Positions 10,109-19,383 of a DNA stretch of 64,000 bases are shown piece by piece. The stretch lies in NCBI GenBank assembly GCA_033763905.1, contig JANRJP010000009.1, positions 31,901 through 95,900 on the forward strand. The letters run 5' to 3'. A program made the translations under genes and the position numbers. Origin of the DNA: Gemmatimonadaceae bacterium. GTDB taxonomy: Bacteria > Gemmatimonadota > Gemmatimonadetes > Gemmatimonadales > Gemmatimonadaceae. Every line of letters begins with the position of its first letter. Within the stretch, counting starts at the first letter, position 1. The notes beneath the pieces were generated by a model, which did no database searches, was not told the DNA's origin, and was given only the letters and a program-made list of their open reading frames with translations.

Positions 10109-10828
10109 GTGAGCAGGCCGTCGCTGTGCGGCCGACGCGCGGCCACCGCGCTGTTGGTCGTGTTGACGGCGATCGGCACCGCGGCGCGCCTGGACGCGCA
10201 GCGCGTCGCGTTGCCTGCGGCAGATTCGCTCCGCGCGGTGCGGGACTCGTTCGCGGCGGTCGCGCCGACGGGAATCGTCGGCACGATGCGGTGGACGCTG
10301 GCCCGTACCGCGAGCGGCGGCTGGCGGGTGAGCGAGTTGATCAGCGTCGATGAGGTCCTCGAGCTCGCCACCATCAGCCGAGTGTCGGCCGCGCTGCGGC
10401 TCGAACAGTTCACGCAGAGTGGTGTTGCCTTCGGGCGCGATGTGCTGTCCGAGCTCGCGGTCAATCGCGGGCGCCTGCAGGGGCAGGTGTTGTCGCCCGA
10501 CGGCACACGACTCGCGACGCTCGACGTCGCGCCACCCGACGGGCCCGACGTGACGCTGCTCCCGGCGTTGCTCACCGCCGTCTCGTGGCACGACGGCGCC
10601 ACCGCGACCTGGGCGATGGTGCGGCCGGCGTCGGGGACCGCCGTGTCGGTTGCCGTGCTCTGCGAAGGCGCGGAGTCGCTCAGCATTCGCGGCACGTCGC
10701 TCGCGGCGTGGCGGCTCCGCACCACGATCGGTGATCAGATCACGCGCTACTGGGTGTCGACCACGGCACCGGCGCGCGTACTGGCGGTCTCGAGCGAAGG
10801 GTTGCCGTTCCGCTTCGTCGCGCGATGA
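10109..10828 (+). CDS. Hypothetical exported protein (possibly DUF3108-like beta-rich fold)
   Basis: Signal-peptide-like N-terminus; starts 2 bp after amtB; C-terminal 'ESLSIRGTSLAAWRL...TRYWVS'. Confidence 0.55.
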   Translation: MSRPSLCGRRAATALLVVLTAIGTAARLDAQRVALPAADSLRAVRDSFAAVAPTGIVGTMRWTLARTASGGWRVSELISVDEVLELATISRVSAALRLEQFTQSGVAFGRDVLSELAVNRGRLQGQVLSPDGTRLATLDVAPPDGPDVTLLPALLTAVSWHDGATATWAMVRPASGTAVSVAVLCEGAESLSIRGTSLAAWRLRTTIGDQITRYWVSTTAPARVLAVSSEGLPFRFVAR

Positions 10829-10844
10829 GTCGGCCGATCGGCCG

Positions 10845-13508
10845 TCAGGGCTCCGCTTTGGTCCCGAGGAACGACGCGAGCGCGCTATAGAGGTCCTGCG
10901 CGCGGAAGGGCTTCTGCAGAAAGCCGGCCACTTGTCCGGTGAACGTGGCCTGCAGCTCGTGTTCGGAATACCCGGACATCAAGAGCACCGGCACATCGGG
11001 TCGCTCAGCGCGCATCGTCGCGAGCGCTTCCGCGCCGCTCAGGACCGGCATCGTGAGATCCAGCAGGACCGCGCGGAGCTCGGTGCCGATCGCGCGGAAC
11101 CGGGCCACGCCTTCGCGGCCATCGCTGGCGAGCACGACCGTGAAGCCACGCCGCTGCAGTAGCGAGCGGGCCACGTGGCGCACCCCGTCGTCGTCGTCGA
11201 CGACGAGGACGGTGCCGCCTGCGGGCAGTTCGAGTCTCGGGACGGACGTTGGGGTGACGCGACGCAAATCCTTCGCGGGCGGGAACAGCACGGTGAACGT
11301 CGTTCCGCGCCCCGGGCTGCTGCAGACCCCAATGGATGCGTCGTGCTGCTTGAGCACGCCGACGACCGCTGACAGGCCGAGGCCGCGTCCCGTGAACTTC
11401 GTGGTGAAGAACGGGTCGAAAATGCGGCGCATCACCTCCGGGGTCATCCCGTGGCCTTCATCGCTGACTTCGAGCGCCACGCGTGGGGACCCATCGAGCG
11501 GTGCACCGAACACGGCATCGAACGCGGCGGGATCGGGTGCGGTCTCGTAGCGCGACGAGAGACGTAGCGTGCCGCCGGAATCGACCATCGCATCGGAGCC
11601 GTTGGTGATGAGATTCATCACGATCTGGCGCACCTGCGTGGCGTCGCCGTGCACGAACGGGAGTCCGTCCGGCAGCTCAAGTCGCAGCGACACCGATCGG
11701 CCGATCGCACTCCGCAGCAACTGCGCCATTTCGCGCACGATGCCCGACACGTCGAGCGACTCGACGACGATGCGTCCCTTGCCGGCGTAGGCCAGCAATT
11801 GGCGCGTGAGGTCGGCCGCCCGCTGCGCGGCGCGCTCGATGTCCTCGACCGCTTCGCGCGCCGCGTGGTTCGGCGGAATGTCGAGCTGGGCGAGACTCGC
11901 GTTCGTCAGGACGCCGACGAGCAGGTTGTTGAAGTCGTGCGCAATGCCGCCGGCGAGCAGCCCGAGTGATTCGAGCTTCTGCGCTTGCAGGTCCTGCTGC
12001 TGGAGGCGCGCGCGTTCGGCGGCGAGCCGCACTTCTTCGGTGATGTCCTCGATTGTCGCGACTTGACCGACGAACGATCCATCGAGGGTCGGGACCGGGC
12101 GGCCGATCAAGCGGACGTGTCGGACGCCGCTGGGCAGGTCGAGCGCGTACTCGATGCGGACCGGTCCCCGCATCGTAAACGCCTCATCGGCCGCGGCTAG
12201 GACGCGGTCTATGTCGTCGGCGTGGACGCGCTCGATCCACCGAGTGGCGAAGGTGCTGGGTGACAGCTCGAACAGCGCACAGAGCTGCGGGTTTACATAC
12301 GTCGGCGTGCCGGTCGCATCGGTGAGCACGATGCCCAGCGGGGCGGCGTCCGCGAGCGTGCGGAAGCGCTCCTCGCTTTCGGCCAACGCCAACTCCTGGA
12401 CCCGCTGTTGGGTGATGTCCTGCACCGTCCCGAACATCTCGATCGGCCGCCCTTGGTCGTCGAAGGCGGTTTCGCCGAGGGCCCAGACCCAGAGGGGCCG
12501 TCCCGATGGCAGGGTGGTCTGCAGCTCGATTTCGTAGGGCTGCCCGTCGCGCATTGAACGTTCGACGGCCTCGCGCCAGCAGCGGTTGGCCTCTTCGTCG
12601 TACAGCGCGTTGAGGGCTTCGATCGAGGGCTGGGTCTCGGGCGGGAACTCGAAGATGTGGTACGTCTCGGCCGACCAGCGCACGGCACCAGTTGCCAGAT
12701 CCCAGGACCAGGTACCGATGCGGGCCATCCGTTGTGCGCGGGCGAGTTCGCGTGCGTTGCGTCGCAATTGCTCGTCGCGCTCGCGTTCGTCGGTGATGTC
12801 GCGCGCGGTCCCGGTGGACCGGAGGCGCGTACCATCCTCGCCCAGAATCGTACGGCCGCTGAAGCGGATCCATCGAACGGCGCCGTTGGCGTCGCGCTTG
12901 GTATGCGCGACGGCGCGCCATCGCTGATCGCCGGCGCGATCGATGGCCTGCTGCACGACGGCCAACTGGTCGTCCGGGAAGGGGGTGCGGAGATCCTCGG
13001 CGCGCAGGGCCACATCCTGCGGCAGTCCGTAGATCTCGCGCAGACGCTGACTGGCCCACGCGTTGCCGGTCAGGAGGTCGACGTCCCACATCCCGACGCC
13101 GGAGGCCTCGAAGACGAGCTGCAGCCGCTCTTCGCGCAGTCGGAGCGCCGACGTTGCTTCTTCGCGATCGGTGACGTCGTCGAAGTAGATCGCGAGGCCA
13201 TCGCCAGATGGAATCGCGACCATTCGGATCCAGCGCGGCAGGCGGACGGCCTTGGCGGTGTACTCGACCGAGGTGCGCTCGCGCATCGCGCGCTCGATGG
13301 CCGGCGCGAAGCGGGTCTGCCGACCGGTGGGCAGCAGATCCCAGAGCACGCGGCCGCGAGGGACCTCTCGCGCGAGGCCCAGAATCCGACAGGCCATCGC
13401 GTTCTCGTATACGACGACGTAGTCACGGTCGAGCAGCGCGAACCCGCTCGGCGCGTGTTCGAGGGCATTGAGTGGATCGACCGGTGGGGCCGCCGGCCCA
13501 GAGCTCAT
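10845..13508 (-). CDS. Multi-PAS hybrid sensor histidine kinase (about 4 PAS/PAC, HisKA, HATPase, REC)
   Basis: H-box 'GGIAHDFNNLL', 'QIVMNLITNGSDAM', 'DEGHGM', 'FDPFFTTKFTGRGLGL' and receiver 'LVVDDD...LLDLTMP...FLQKPF'. Confidence 0.95.
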   Translation of the reverse strand: MSSGPAAPPVDPLNALEHAPSGFALLDRDYVVVYENAMACRILGLAREVPRGRVLWDLLPTGRQTRFAPAIERAMRERTSVEYTAKAVRLPRWIRMVAIPSGDGLAIYFDDVTDREEATSALRLREERLQLVFEASGVGMWDVDLLTGNAWASQRLREIYGLPQDVALRAEDLRTPFPDDQLAVVQQAIDRAGDQRWRAVAHTKRDANGAVRWIRFSGRTILGEDGTRLRSTGTARDITDERERDEQLRRNARELARAQRMARIGTWSWDLATGAVRWSAETYHIFEFPPETQPSIEALNALYDEEANRCWREAVERSMRDGQPYEIELQTTLPSGRPLWVWALGETAFDDQGRPIEMFGTVQDITQQRVQELALAESEERFRTLADAAPLGIVLTDATGTPTYVNPQLCALFELSPSTFATRWIERVHADDIDRVLAAADEAFTMRGPVRIEYALDLPSGVRHVRLIGRPVPTLDGSFVGQVATIEDITEEVRLAAERARLQQQDLQAQKLESLGLLAGGIAHDFNNLLVGVLTNASLAQLDIPPNHAAREAVEDIERAAQRAADLTRQLLAYAGKGRIVVESLDVSGIVREMAQLLRSAIGRSVSLRLELPDGLPFVHGDATQVRQIVMNLITNGSDAMVDSGGTLRLSSRYETAPDPAAFDAVFGAPLDGSPRVALEVSDEGHGMTPEVMRRIFDPFFTTKFTGRGLGLSAVVGVLKQHDASIGVCSSPGRGTTFTVLFPPAKDLRRVTPTSVPRLELPAGGTVLVVDDDDGVRHVARSLLQRRGFTVVLASDGREGVARFRAIGTELRAVLLDLTMPVLSGAEALATMRAERPDVPVLLMSGYSEHELQATFTGQVAGFLQKPFRAQDLYSALASFLGTKAEP

Positions 13509-13521
13509 CCCCACCGCGTCG

Positions 13522-14742
13522 TCAGATCGCGCCGCGCGCGCGGAGCGCCGCGAGCTGTTCGGCCGTTCGGCCTCTGGCCTGCAGGATCTCGTCCGTATGC
13601 TGGCCGAGCGCAGGCGCCGGGTGCCGGATGCCCCCCGGCGTCGCGGACAGTCGCGGCGTGACGTTGTGCATCGGAATGTCGCCCAAGTCGGGATCGGCGA
13701 CGTCCACCAGCACCTCGCGCTCGATGACGTGCGGGTCGTCCATCAATTGCTGCACGTTGTACACGGGACCCGCCGTGATGCCTTCGCGCTCGCAGAGGTC
13801 GACCAAGGCGTCGAGGTCGTGCGCCCCGACCCACGCCTGCACCACGTCGTCGAGTGCGTCGACGTTGGCCATCCGGTCGGAGTTCGTCCGGAACCGCGGA
13901 TCGGTGATCAGTTCGGGCTGTCCCATCACGCGGAACAGGCGCTCGCACATCGGTTGCATCGACGCCGAGATCGCCAGCCAATGGCCGTCTGCCGTGCGGT
14001 ACGTGTTTCGCGGAGCGCTCACACTCAGGCGATTGCCGATGCGCACCGGGACTTCACCCGTGGTCTCATAGATCGCCGCATCGGGTCCGATGATCGACAC
14101 CAGCGGCTCAAGGAGCGACAGGTCGATCACCTGTCCCGGCGCGCCGTTGTCCCGCGCGCGAAGGGCCGCGAGCACCGCGAAGGCGCCGCTCAGCCCTGCC
14201 ACCATATCGGCGAGCGCGACGTTGGGGAGCGTTGGGGGCATCCCCGGGAATCCGGTCTTGGACGCCAAGCCGCTGAACGCCTCAACCAGCGTGCCGAATC
14301 CCGGCCGTGTCTTGTACGGTCCCGTCTGTCCCCAGCCCGAGATGCGCACCATCACCAGACGCGGGTTGCGGCCGTGCAGCACGTCGGGGCCCAGACCGAG
14401 CTTCTCCATCGTGCCGAACTTGAAGCTTTCGATGAGCACGTCGGCGGTCTCGACGAGATCGAGCAGAATCTCGCGGGCCTCGGCGTCGCGGAGGTTCAGC
14501 GTGACCGACTTCTTGTTCCGCGCGTACACCTTCCAGAAGACCGAATGACCGCCTGCCTTCCAATCGCGCAAGGCGTCGCCCGTGCCGGGGTCCTCGATCT
14601 TGAGGACTTCGGCCCCGAAGTCGGCCATCGCAAGCGACAGCTTGTTGCCGGCGACCAACCGAGACAGATCGAGCACCCGGATCCCTGCGAGCGGGAGCTG
14701 GGCGGCGCTGGTCGGGGTCGTCGCGACGCGGAGTGGTGTCAT
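13522..14742 (-). CDS. CaiB/BaiF family III CoA-transferase
   Basis: 'PLAGIRVLDLSRLVAG', 'ADFGAEVLKIE', 'RNKKSVTLNL' and 'APALGQHTDEIL'. Confidence 0.93.
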   Translation of the reverse strand: MTPLRVATTPTSAAQLPLAGIRVLDLSRLVAGNKLSLAMADFGAEVLKIEDPGTGDALRDWKAGGHSVFWKVYARNKKSVTLNLRDAEAREILLDLVETADVLIESFKFGTMEKLGLGPDVLHGRNPRLVMVRISGWGQTGPYKTRPGFGTLVEAFSGLASKTGFPGMPPTLPNVALADMVAGLSGAFAVLAALRARDNGAPGQVIDLSLLEPLVSIIGPDAAIYETTGEVPVRIGNRLSVSAPRNTYRTADGHWLAISASMQPMCERLFRVMGQPELITDPRFRTNSDRMANVDALDDVVQAWVGAHDLDALVDLCEREGITAGPVYNVQQLMDDPHVIEREVLVDVADPDLGDIPMHNVTPRLSATPGGIRHPAPALGQHTDEILQARGRTAEQLAALRARGAI

Positions 14743-14802
14743 TCCACCGGAAGATGGACCAATTCGGGTCCCCTTGGGAGGGGGCCGCGACAGATCGCCG
14801 CG

Positions 14803-15357
14803 TTACGGGACGGGGGACTGCCGGAGCCGAGCAGCGAACTTCTGCCGGATCTTGGCGACCTTCGGCGCGATCACGAACGCGCAGTACGGCTGTTGCTGAT
14901 TGCGACGGTAGTACCGCTGGTGGTAGGCCTCACCCGGCCAATAGCGGTCCAGGGGGCGGATCTCGGTCACGATCGGCGCAGGGAACACGCGCTCCTGCGT
15001 GAGTTCGGCGATCAGCGCGCGCGCCGTGCTGTCCTGCGCCGACGAGTGCGTGAAGATCGCCGACCGATACTGCGGACCGACGTCGTTGCCCTGGCGGTCG
15101 AGCGTCGTGGGATCGTGTGAGACGAAGAACACCTCGAGCACATCGCGGTACGACATCACCTGCGGATCGAAGTCCACTTGCACCACTTCGATGTGTCCGG
15201 TCTTCTTGTCGCAGACCTGCTCGTAGGTCGGATTGGCCACGTGGCCGCCCGCGTATCCGGAGCGCAGATCCACCACGCCATTGAGTTGCTCGTAGACAGC
15301 CTCGATGCACCAGAAGCAGCCGCCGCCGAGTGTTGCGGTTTCGATCAGGGGAGTCAT
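14803..15357 (-). CDS. msrA: Peptide-methionine (S)-S-oxide reductase
   Basis: 'GGGCFWCIEA', 'HDPTTLDRQGNDVGPQYRS' and 'EAYHQRYY'. True start is ATG 15357 within the 467-aa ORF. Confidence 0.96.
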   Translation of the reverse strand: MTPLIETATLGGGCFWCIEAVYEQLNGVVDLRSGYAGGHVANPTYEQVCDKKTGHIEVVQVDFDPQVMSYRDVLEVFFVSHDPTTLDRQGNDVGPQYRSAIFTHSSAQDSTARALIAELTQERVFPAPIVTEIRPLDRYWPGEAYHQRYYRRNQQQPYCAFVIAPKVAKIRQKFAARLRQSPVP

Positions 15358-15872
15358 ACCGCAACAATACCCGACGTGCCCGGCGGGTTTCCGCCTTCGG
15401 CCGCGAGCCGGTCCAGCGCCTCGCCGGTCACTCGGAACACGGTCCATTCGTCCATCGGCACCGCGCCAAGGGCGCGGTAGAAGCCGATCGCCGGCGTGTT
15501 CCAGTCGAGCACGCTCCACTCGAGGCGGCCGCAGTCGCGCTGGCGCGCGATCGCCGCCAGCGCACCGAGCAGCCGCCGGCCCACGCCGCGGCCGCGCATC
15601 GACGGCTCCACGTAGAGGTCTTCGAGATACAACCCGCGTTGCGCGAGAAACGTGGAGTAGGTGTGAAAGAACAGCGCGAAGCCGGCCGCAGCGCCGTCGA
15701 CATCCGCGAGCAACACCTCGGCCGCGGGATGCGCGCCGAACAGCGTGTCGCGCAGCCGCGATTCGTCGGCGCGGACCTCGTGCGCCAAGCGCTCGTAGTC
15801 CGCGAGCCCTCGAATGCCGGCGAGAATTCGCGGGACGTCGTCGACCGTGGCGCGGCGGATGCTGATGCTCAT
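15354..15872 (-). CDS. GNAT N-acetyltransferase (spermidine/diamine acetyltransferase-like)
   Basis: 'FFHTYSTF...LYLEDLYVEPSMRGRGVG...LEWSVLDWNTPAIGFY'. Confidence 0.92.
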   Translation of the reverse strand: MSISIRRATVDDVPRILAGIRGLADYERLAHEVRADESRLRDTLFGAHPAAEVLLADVDGAAAGFALFFHTYSTFLAQRGLYLEDLYVEPSMRGRGVGRRLLGALAAIARQRDCGRLEWSVLDWNTPAIGFYRALGAVPMDEWTVFRVTGEALDRLAAEGGNPPGTSGIVAV

Positions 15873-17485
15873 TCCGCGGCGATCGTCGGACGGAACGTGG
15901 GGGCGCGGCGATGCCGCGTGGTCTGTTCGAACGCGAAGGCGTATCCGTACAGTTGCGCATCGCTCCACGCCGCGCCGGTGAACGACAGTCCGATCGGCAA
16001 TCCCTGCACCTGGCCCATCGGCACGGTGATGCTGGGATAGCCCGAGACCGCGGCAAACGACGAGTCGCCGCCGGTAAAGCGATCGCCGTTGACGAGATCG
16101 ATCGGCCACGCCGGACCGTTGGACGGATACACCAACGCCTGCACCCGCTGCGCGCGCAACGCCCGATCAATGCCTTGCGTGCGCGTGAGCGCGAGACACG
16201 ACGCACGCGCCTTGCGGTACGCTGCGTCGGTCAGCGGTCCCTTTCGCTGAGCGACTTCAAAGATCTCCTGCCCGAAGTACGGCATCTCGCGCGCGGCTTC
16301 CCGCGAGTTGAACGCGATCGCGTCGGCCAGACTGCGTGCGGGAGCGGCTGGTCCGAGGGTGGCGAAGTAAGCCGCCAGGCTTGCCTTGAACTCGTACAAC
16401 AGCACCTCGTACTCGGCGTCACCGTACTTCCCTGCCGTGGGCAGCGTGACATCGATCGGCTCGGCGCCTGCGCTCCGCAACGCCGCGACGGCGTCCTTGA
16501 ACAGTGCGTCCACGGCGCCATTGAACCCCGCGAGGTTCTGCACGACGCCGATTCGCACGCCCTTTAGCGCGTCGGGTCGGAAGCCGGGGTCCGCCGGCAG
16601 CGCACGCGCACGCGACGTGACGGGATCACGCGGATCGGGCCCGGCAATCGCCAGAAGTAACGCGTAGGCATCAGCGACCGAGCGCGCCATTGGCCCAGCG
16701 GTATCCTGCGACGGGGAAATCGGAATGATGCCGCTGCGTCCGACGAGGCCGATCGTGGGCTTGTGCCCCACGAGGCCATTGATCGCCGAGGGGCAGATGA
16801 TCGAGCCATCGGTTTCGGTGCCGATGCCGATCGGCGCCAAGGCCGCCGAGACGCCGGCGCCGGTCCCAGAGCTTGAGCCGCAAGGTGAGCGGTCCAGCAC
16901 GTACGGATTGCGCGTCTGGCCGCCACGCGCACTCCACCCGCTCGAGCTCTTGGTCGAACGGAAGTTGGCCCATTCACTCAGGTTCGCCTTGGCGATGATG
17001 ATCGCTCCCGCCGCCCGCAGCCGCTCGATGATGTGAGCGTCGCGCGGCGCCACGCTGTCGGCGAGCAGCAACGAACCGGCCGAGGTGCGCATCCGGTCGG
17101 CGGTGTCGACGTTGTCCTTGACGAGCACTGGAATGCCGTGCAGCGGGCCTCGGACCTTGCCCTGCGCCCGCTCGGCGTCGCGTTCGCGGGCGATGGCCAA
17201 CGCGTCCGGATTCCGCTCGATCACCGCGCGGATTCGCGGTCCGCTGCGATCCACCGCATCCATTCGTGCGAAGCACTGTTCCACGAGGGCGACCGACGTC
17301 AGCGCACCGGTGCCGAGATCGCGCTGCAGCTCGGCGACGCTGCGTTCGTCGGCGGGTGGCAACTGCCACTCGGCGGTGTCACCCGAAGGCGCAGCCGCCA
17401 ATGGCCGAGGGAGCGCGCTCGGGATCGCGGCGGCCGCCTCGAGGCCGAGGCCGGACTTGAGGAAACCGCGACGTGAGGACGGCAT
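15869..17485 (-). CDS. Amidase signature family protein, Tat-exported
   Basis: Tat motif 'SRRGFLK'; 'GIPVLVKDN', 'GSSSG' and 'GTETDGSIICPS'. Confidence 0.93.
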   Translation of the reverse strand: MPSSRRGFLKSGLGLEAAAAIPSALPRPLAAAPSGDTAEWQLPPADERSVAELQRDLGTGALTSVALVEQCFARMDAVDRSGPRIRAVIERNPDALAIARERDAERAQGKVRGPLHGIPVLVKDNVDTADRMRTSAGSLLLADSVAPRDAHIIERLRAAGAIIIAKANLSEWANFRSTKSSSGWSARGGQTRNPYVLDRSPCGSSSGTGAGVSAALAPIGIGTETDGSIICPSAINGLVGHKPTIGLVGRSGIIPISPSQDTAGPMARSVADAYALLLAIAGPDPRDPVTSRARALPADPGFRPDALKGVRIGVVQNLAGFNGAVDALFKDAVAALRSAGAEPIDVTLPTAGKYGDAEYEVLLYEFKASLAAYFATLGPAAPARSLADAIAFNSREAAREMPYFGQEIFEVAQRKGPLTDAAYRKARASCLALTRTQGIDRALRAQRVQALVYPSNGPAWPIDLVNGDRFTGGDSSFAAVSGYPSITVPMGQVQGLPIGLSFTGAAWSDAQLYGYAFAFEQTTRHRRAPTFRPTIAAE

Positions 17486-17504
17486 AGGGACTCGGAGCGG
17501 AAAG

Positions 17505-18071
17505 TCAGTTGCGGCGCAGGTACTCGGCGGGAATCGGCGTGTCGGGCGTCTCGCCCTGCCAGTAGATGGTCACGATCCACCACCGTGTGCCATCGTACCA
17601 CGCCTGCATACTGTTGATGCCGCGGGCGAAGGGGGTCGCGTCGGTGAGGGTGCGGCGTGAGTCGTACGCGCTGAAGAGGTGCACGACGTTGCCGAAGCGT
17701 TCGGTCTTGCGTCCAAGCTCCCGCTCGAAGAAGCCGTCTCGCTCCAGAGACGGCCCGGCGTTGGCGATGTACTCCTCGACCGTCCAAGTGCGGAGCACGC
17801 CGGTGCCGTCGCTGCGCTTGCCGGTGGGGATCAGCCGTGCGCCCGGTGCGAAGAGCGAGCGCATTCGCTGCCAGTCGCGTGGTTGGCCTTTGGGCCCCGA
17901 GATGACGTCGTAGACGGCCGCGACGATGCTATCGAGCGTGGCGACATCGGCGGCGCGTGCCGCCGGCGTGGGCGACGGCGTGACGATGGCGGTTGTGGCC
18001 GACTGGGCGCGCACGGCATCGGGCGAGCCGGCGAGGGCCGCGCAGATGGCGGCGAGAAGGATTGGGCGCAT
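17505..18071 (-). CDS. Secreted hypothetical protein (NTF2/SnoaL-like)
   Basis: Signal peptide; 'YDVISGPKGQPRDWQRMRSLF...RGINSMQ...RWWIVTIYW'. Confidence 0.7.
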   Translation of the reverse strand: MRPILLAAICAALAGSPDAVRAQSATTAIVTPSPTPAARAADVATLDSIVAAVYDVISGPKGQPRDWQRMRSLFAPGARLIPTGKRSDGTGVLRTWTVEEYIANAGPSLERDGFFERELGRKTERFGNVVHLFSAYDSRRTLTDATPFARGINSMQAWYDGTRWWIVTIYWQGETPDTPIPAEYLRRN

Positions 18072-18089
18072 TCCGCTATTCTACGCGCT

Positions 18090-18791
18090 ATGTCACGTTG
18101 GCGCGCCTGGCGGCGTCGTCTGGTTTGGACGTTCGGCACCCTCGCGTTGCTGCCGTGGGTGCTCGCCTTGGGGTGTCGTGTGGTGCAGCCGCCGGCGACG
18201 CCGATTCAGCTCTCGCGGGCGGTGCAACGGGCGCTGGACGGGAAGCAGCCCTGGTGGCCGGTGCGTCGTGTCGTGTCGCGCTCGGAGATTGCCCCGGCGC
18301 TGCGTCGTGCGGTGCTCGCCGCAGAAGACGCGCGCTTCTACACGCATCGCGGGTTCGATCTCGTGGAGATCGAGGCGGCGATCGAGCGCAAACAGCGCGG
18401 TGGCCGACTGCGCGGCGCGTCGACGATCTCGCAGCAGGTGGCGAAGAATCTCTTCTTGTGGGAAGGCCGGTCGTTCGTCCGCAAAGGCCTCGAGGCGTAC
18501 TGCACCGTGGCGCTGGAAGTCGTGGTGCCGAAGGATCGGATCCTGGATCTGTACCTGAATCTCGCCGAGTGGGGGGACGGCTACTTCGGCGCCGAAGCGG
18601 CCGCCCAGCACTGGTTCAAGGTGCCTGCCTCGCGGCTCAGCGAGGATCAGGCGGCGCGGTTGGCGGCCATCCTTCCGGCGCCGAGACGCTGGTCGCCCAC
18701 CGGCTCGGTGGCGGCTCGGCGCACGGGATTCATTCGGCCGCGGATGCGGCAGGTGTCCGCGTACGAACCGACGGAGCGGCCTACTCCTTGA
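18090..18791 (+). CDS. mtgA: Monofunctional peptidoglycan transglycosylase (GT51)
   Basis: 'AAEDARFYTHRGFD', 'RGASTISQQVAKNLFLW', 'RKGLE' and 'ILDLYLNLAEWG'. Confidence 0.95.
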   Translation: MSRWRAWRRRLVWTFGTLALLPWVLALGCRVVQPPATPIQLSRAVQRALDGKQPWWPVRRVVSRSEIAPALRRAVLAAEDARFYTHRGFDLVEIEAAIERKQRGGRLRGASTISQQVAKNLFLWEGRSFVRKGLEAYCTVALEVVVPKDRILDLYLNLAEWGDGYFGAEAAAQHWFKVPASRLSEDQAARLAAILPAPRRWSPTGSVAARRTGFIRPRMRQVSAYEPTERPTP

Positions 18792-19383
18792 GGATGAAGT
18801 CCACGACGAGCGCCGCTGCGAGCGACAGCAGCCGCGCCGGATCGTCGTCGGCCAGATCGTCGTCGAAGACCACGGCGTATTGATCGGCCGAGGTGAACAG
18901 CTCGACGCCGAGCGAGCGCCATTTCTTGGTCACCTGCGCGACGTGGCGTCCGCCGAAGGTCACGGCGAAGTCGAAGCTCGTCCACGTGCCCCGGACTTCA
19001 CCCGCGGGGACACCATTCGGCCCGGTGATGGTGAAGCGCCCGCCGATGCTGAAGATCTTGTGATGGAACGAAGCCACGAGTCGGTCCGCGGCATCCGTCA
19101 CCCGGACCGTCGACAGAAACAACGACACCCCGCGAGAGACGCGGAAGACGAGCCGCCCCTGCGTGTCACGGACTTCGCAGTTGAACGGCGTGTTCTTCTT
19201 GTACTCGGTGAACCGCAGCATCTTCGTGAACACGCCGAGCTTCGGCTCGCGGCAGTGCAGGACAACGCGGCCGCTGCTGTCGGTGATGTCGAACTGGTTG
19301 GCGGCGCGGAACGCGCCGACGTGTTCCTTGACGCCGAACGCTCGGCCGGCCGGGAGCTGGATGCCGCGTGCTGGGGAGGTCAT
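18781..19383 (-). CDS. LURP-one/scramblase-related protein
   Basis: 'FGVKEHVGAFRAANQFDI...KIFSIGGRF...AQVTKKW...ELFTSADQY'. Confidence 0.75.
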   Translation of the reverse strand: MTSPARGIQLPAGRAFGVKEHVGAFRAANQFDITDSSGRVVLHCREPKLGVFTKMLRFTEYKKNTPFNCEVRDTQGRLVFRVSRGVSLFLSTVRVTDAADRLVASFHHKIFSIGGRFTITGPNGVPAGEVRGTWTSFDFAVTFGGRHVAQVTKKWRSLGVELFTSADQYAVVFDDDLADDDPARLLSLAAALVVDFILKE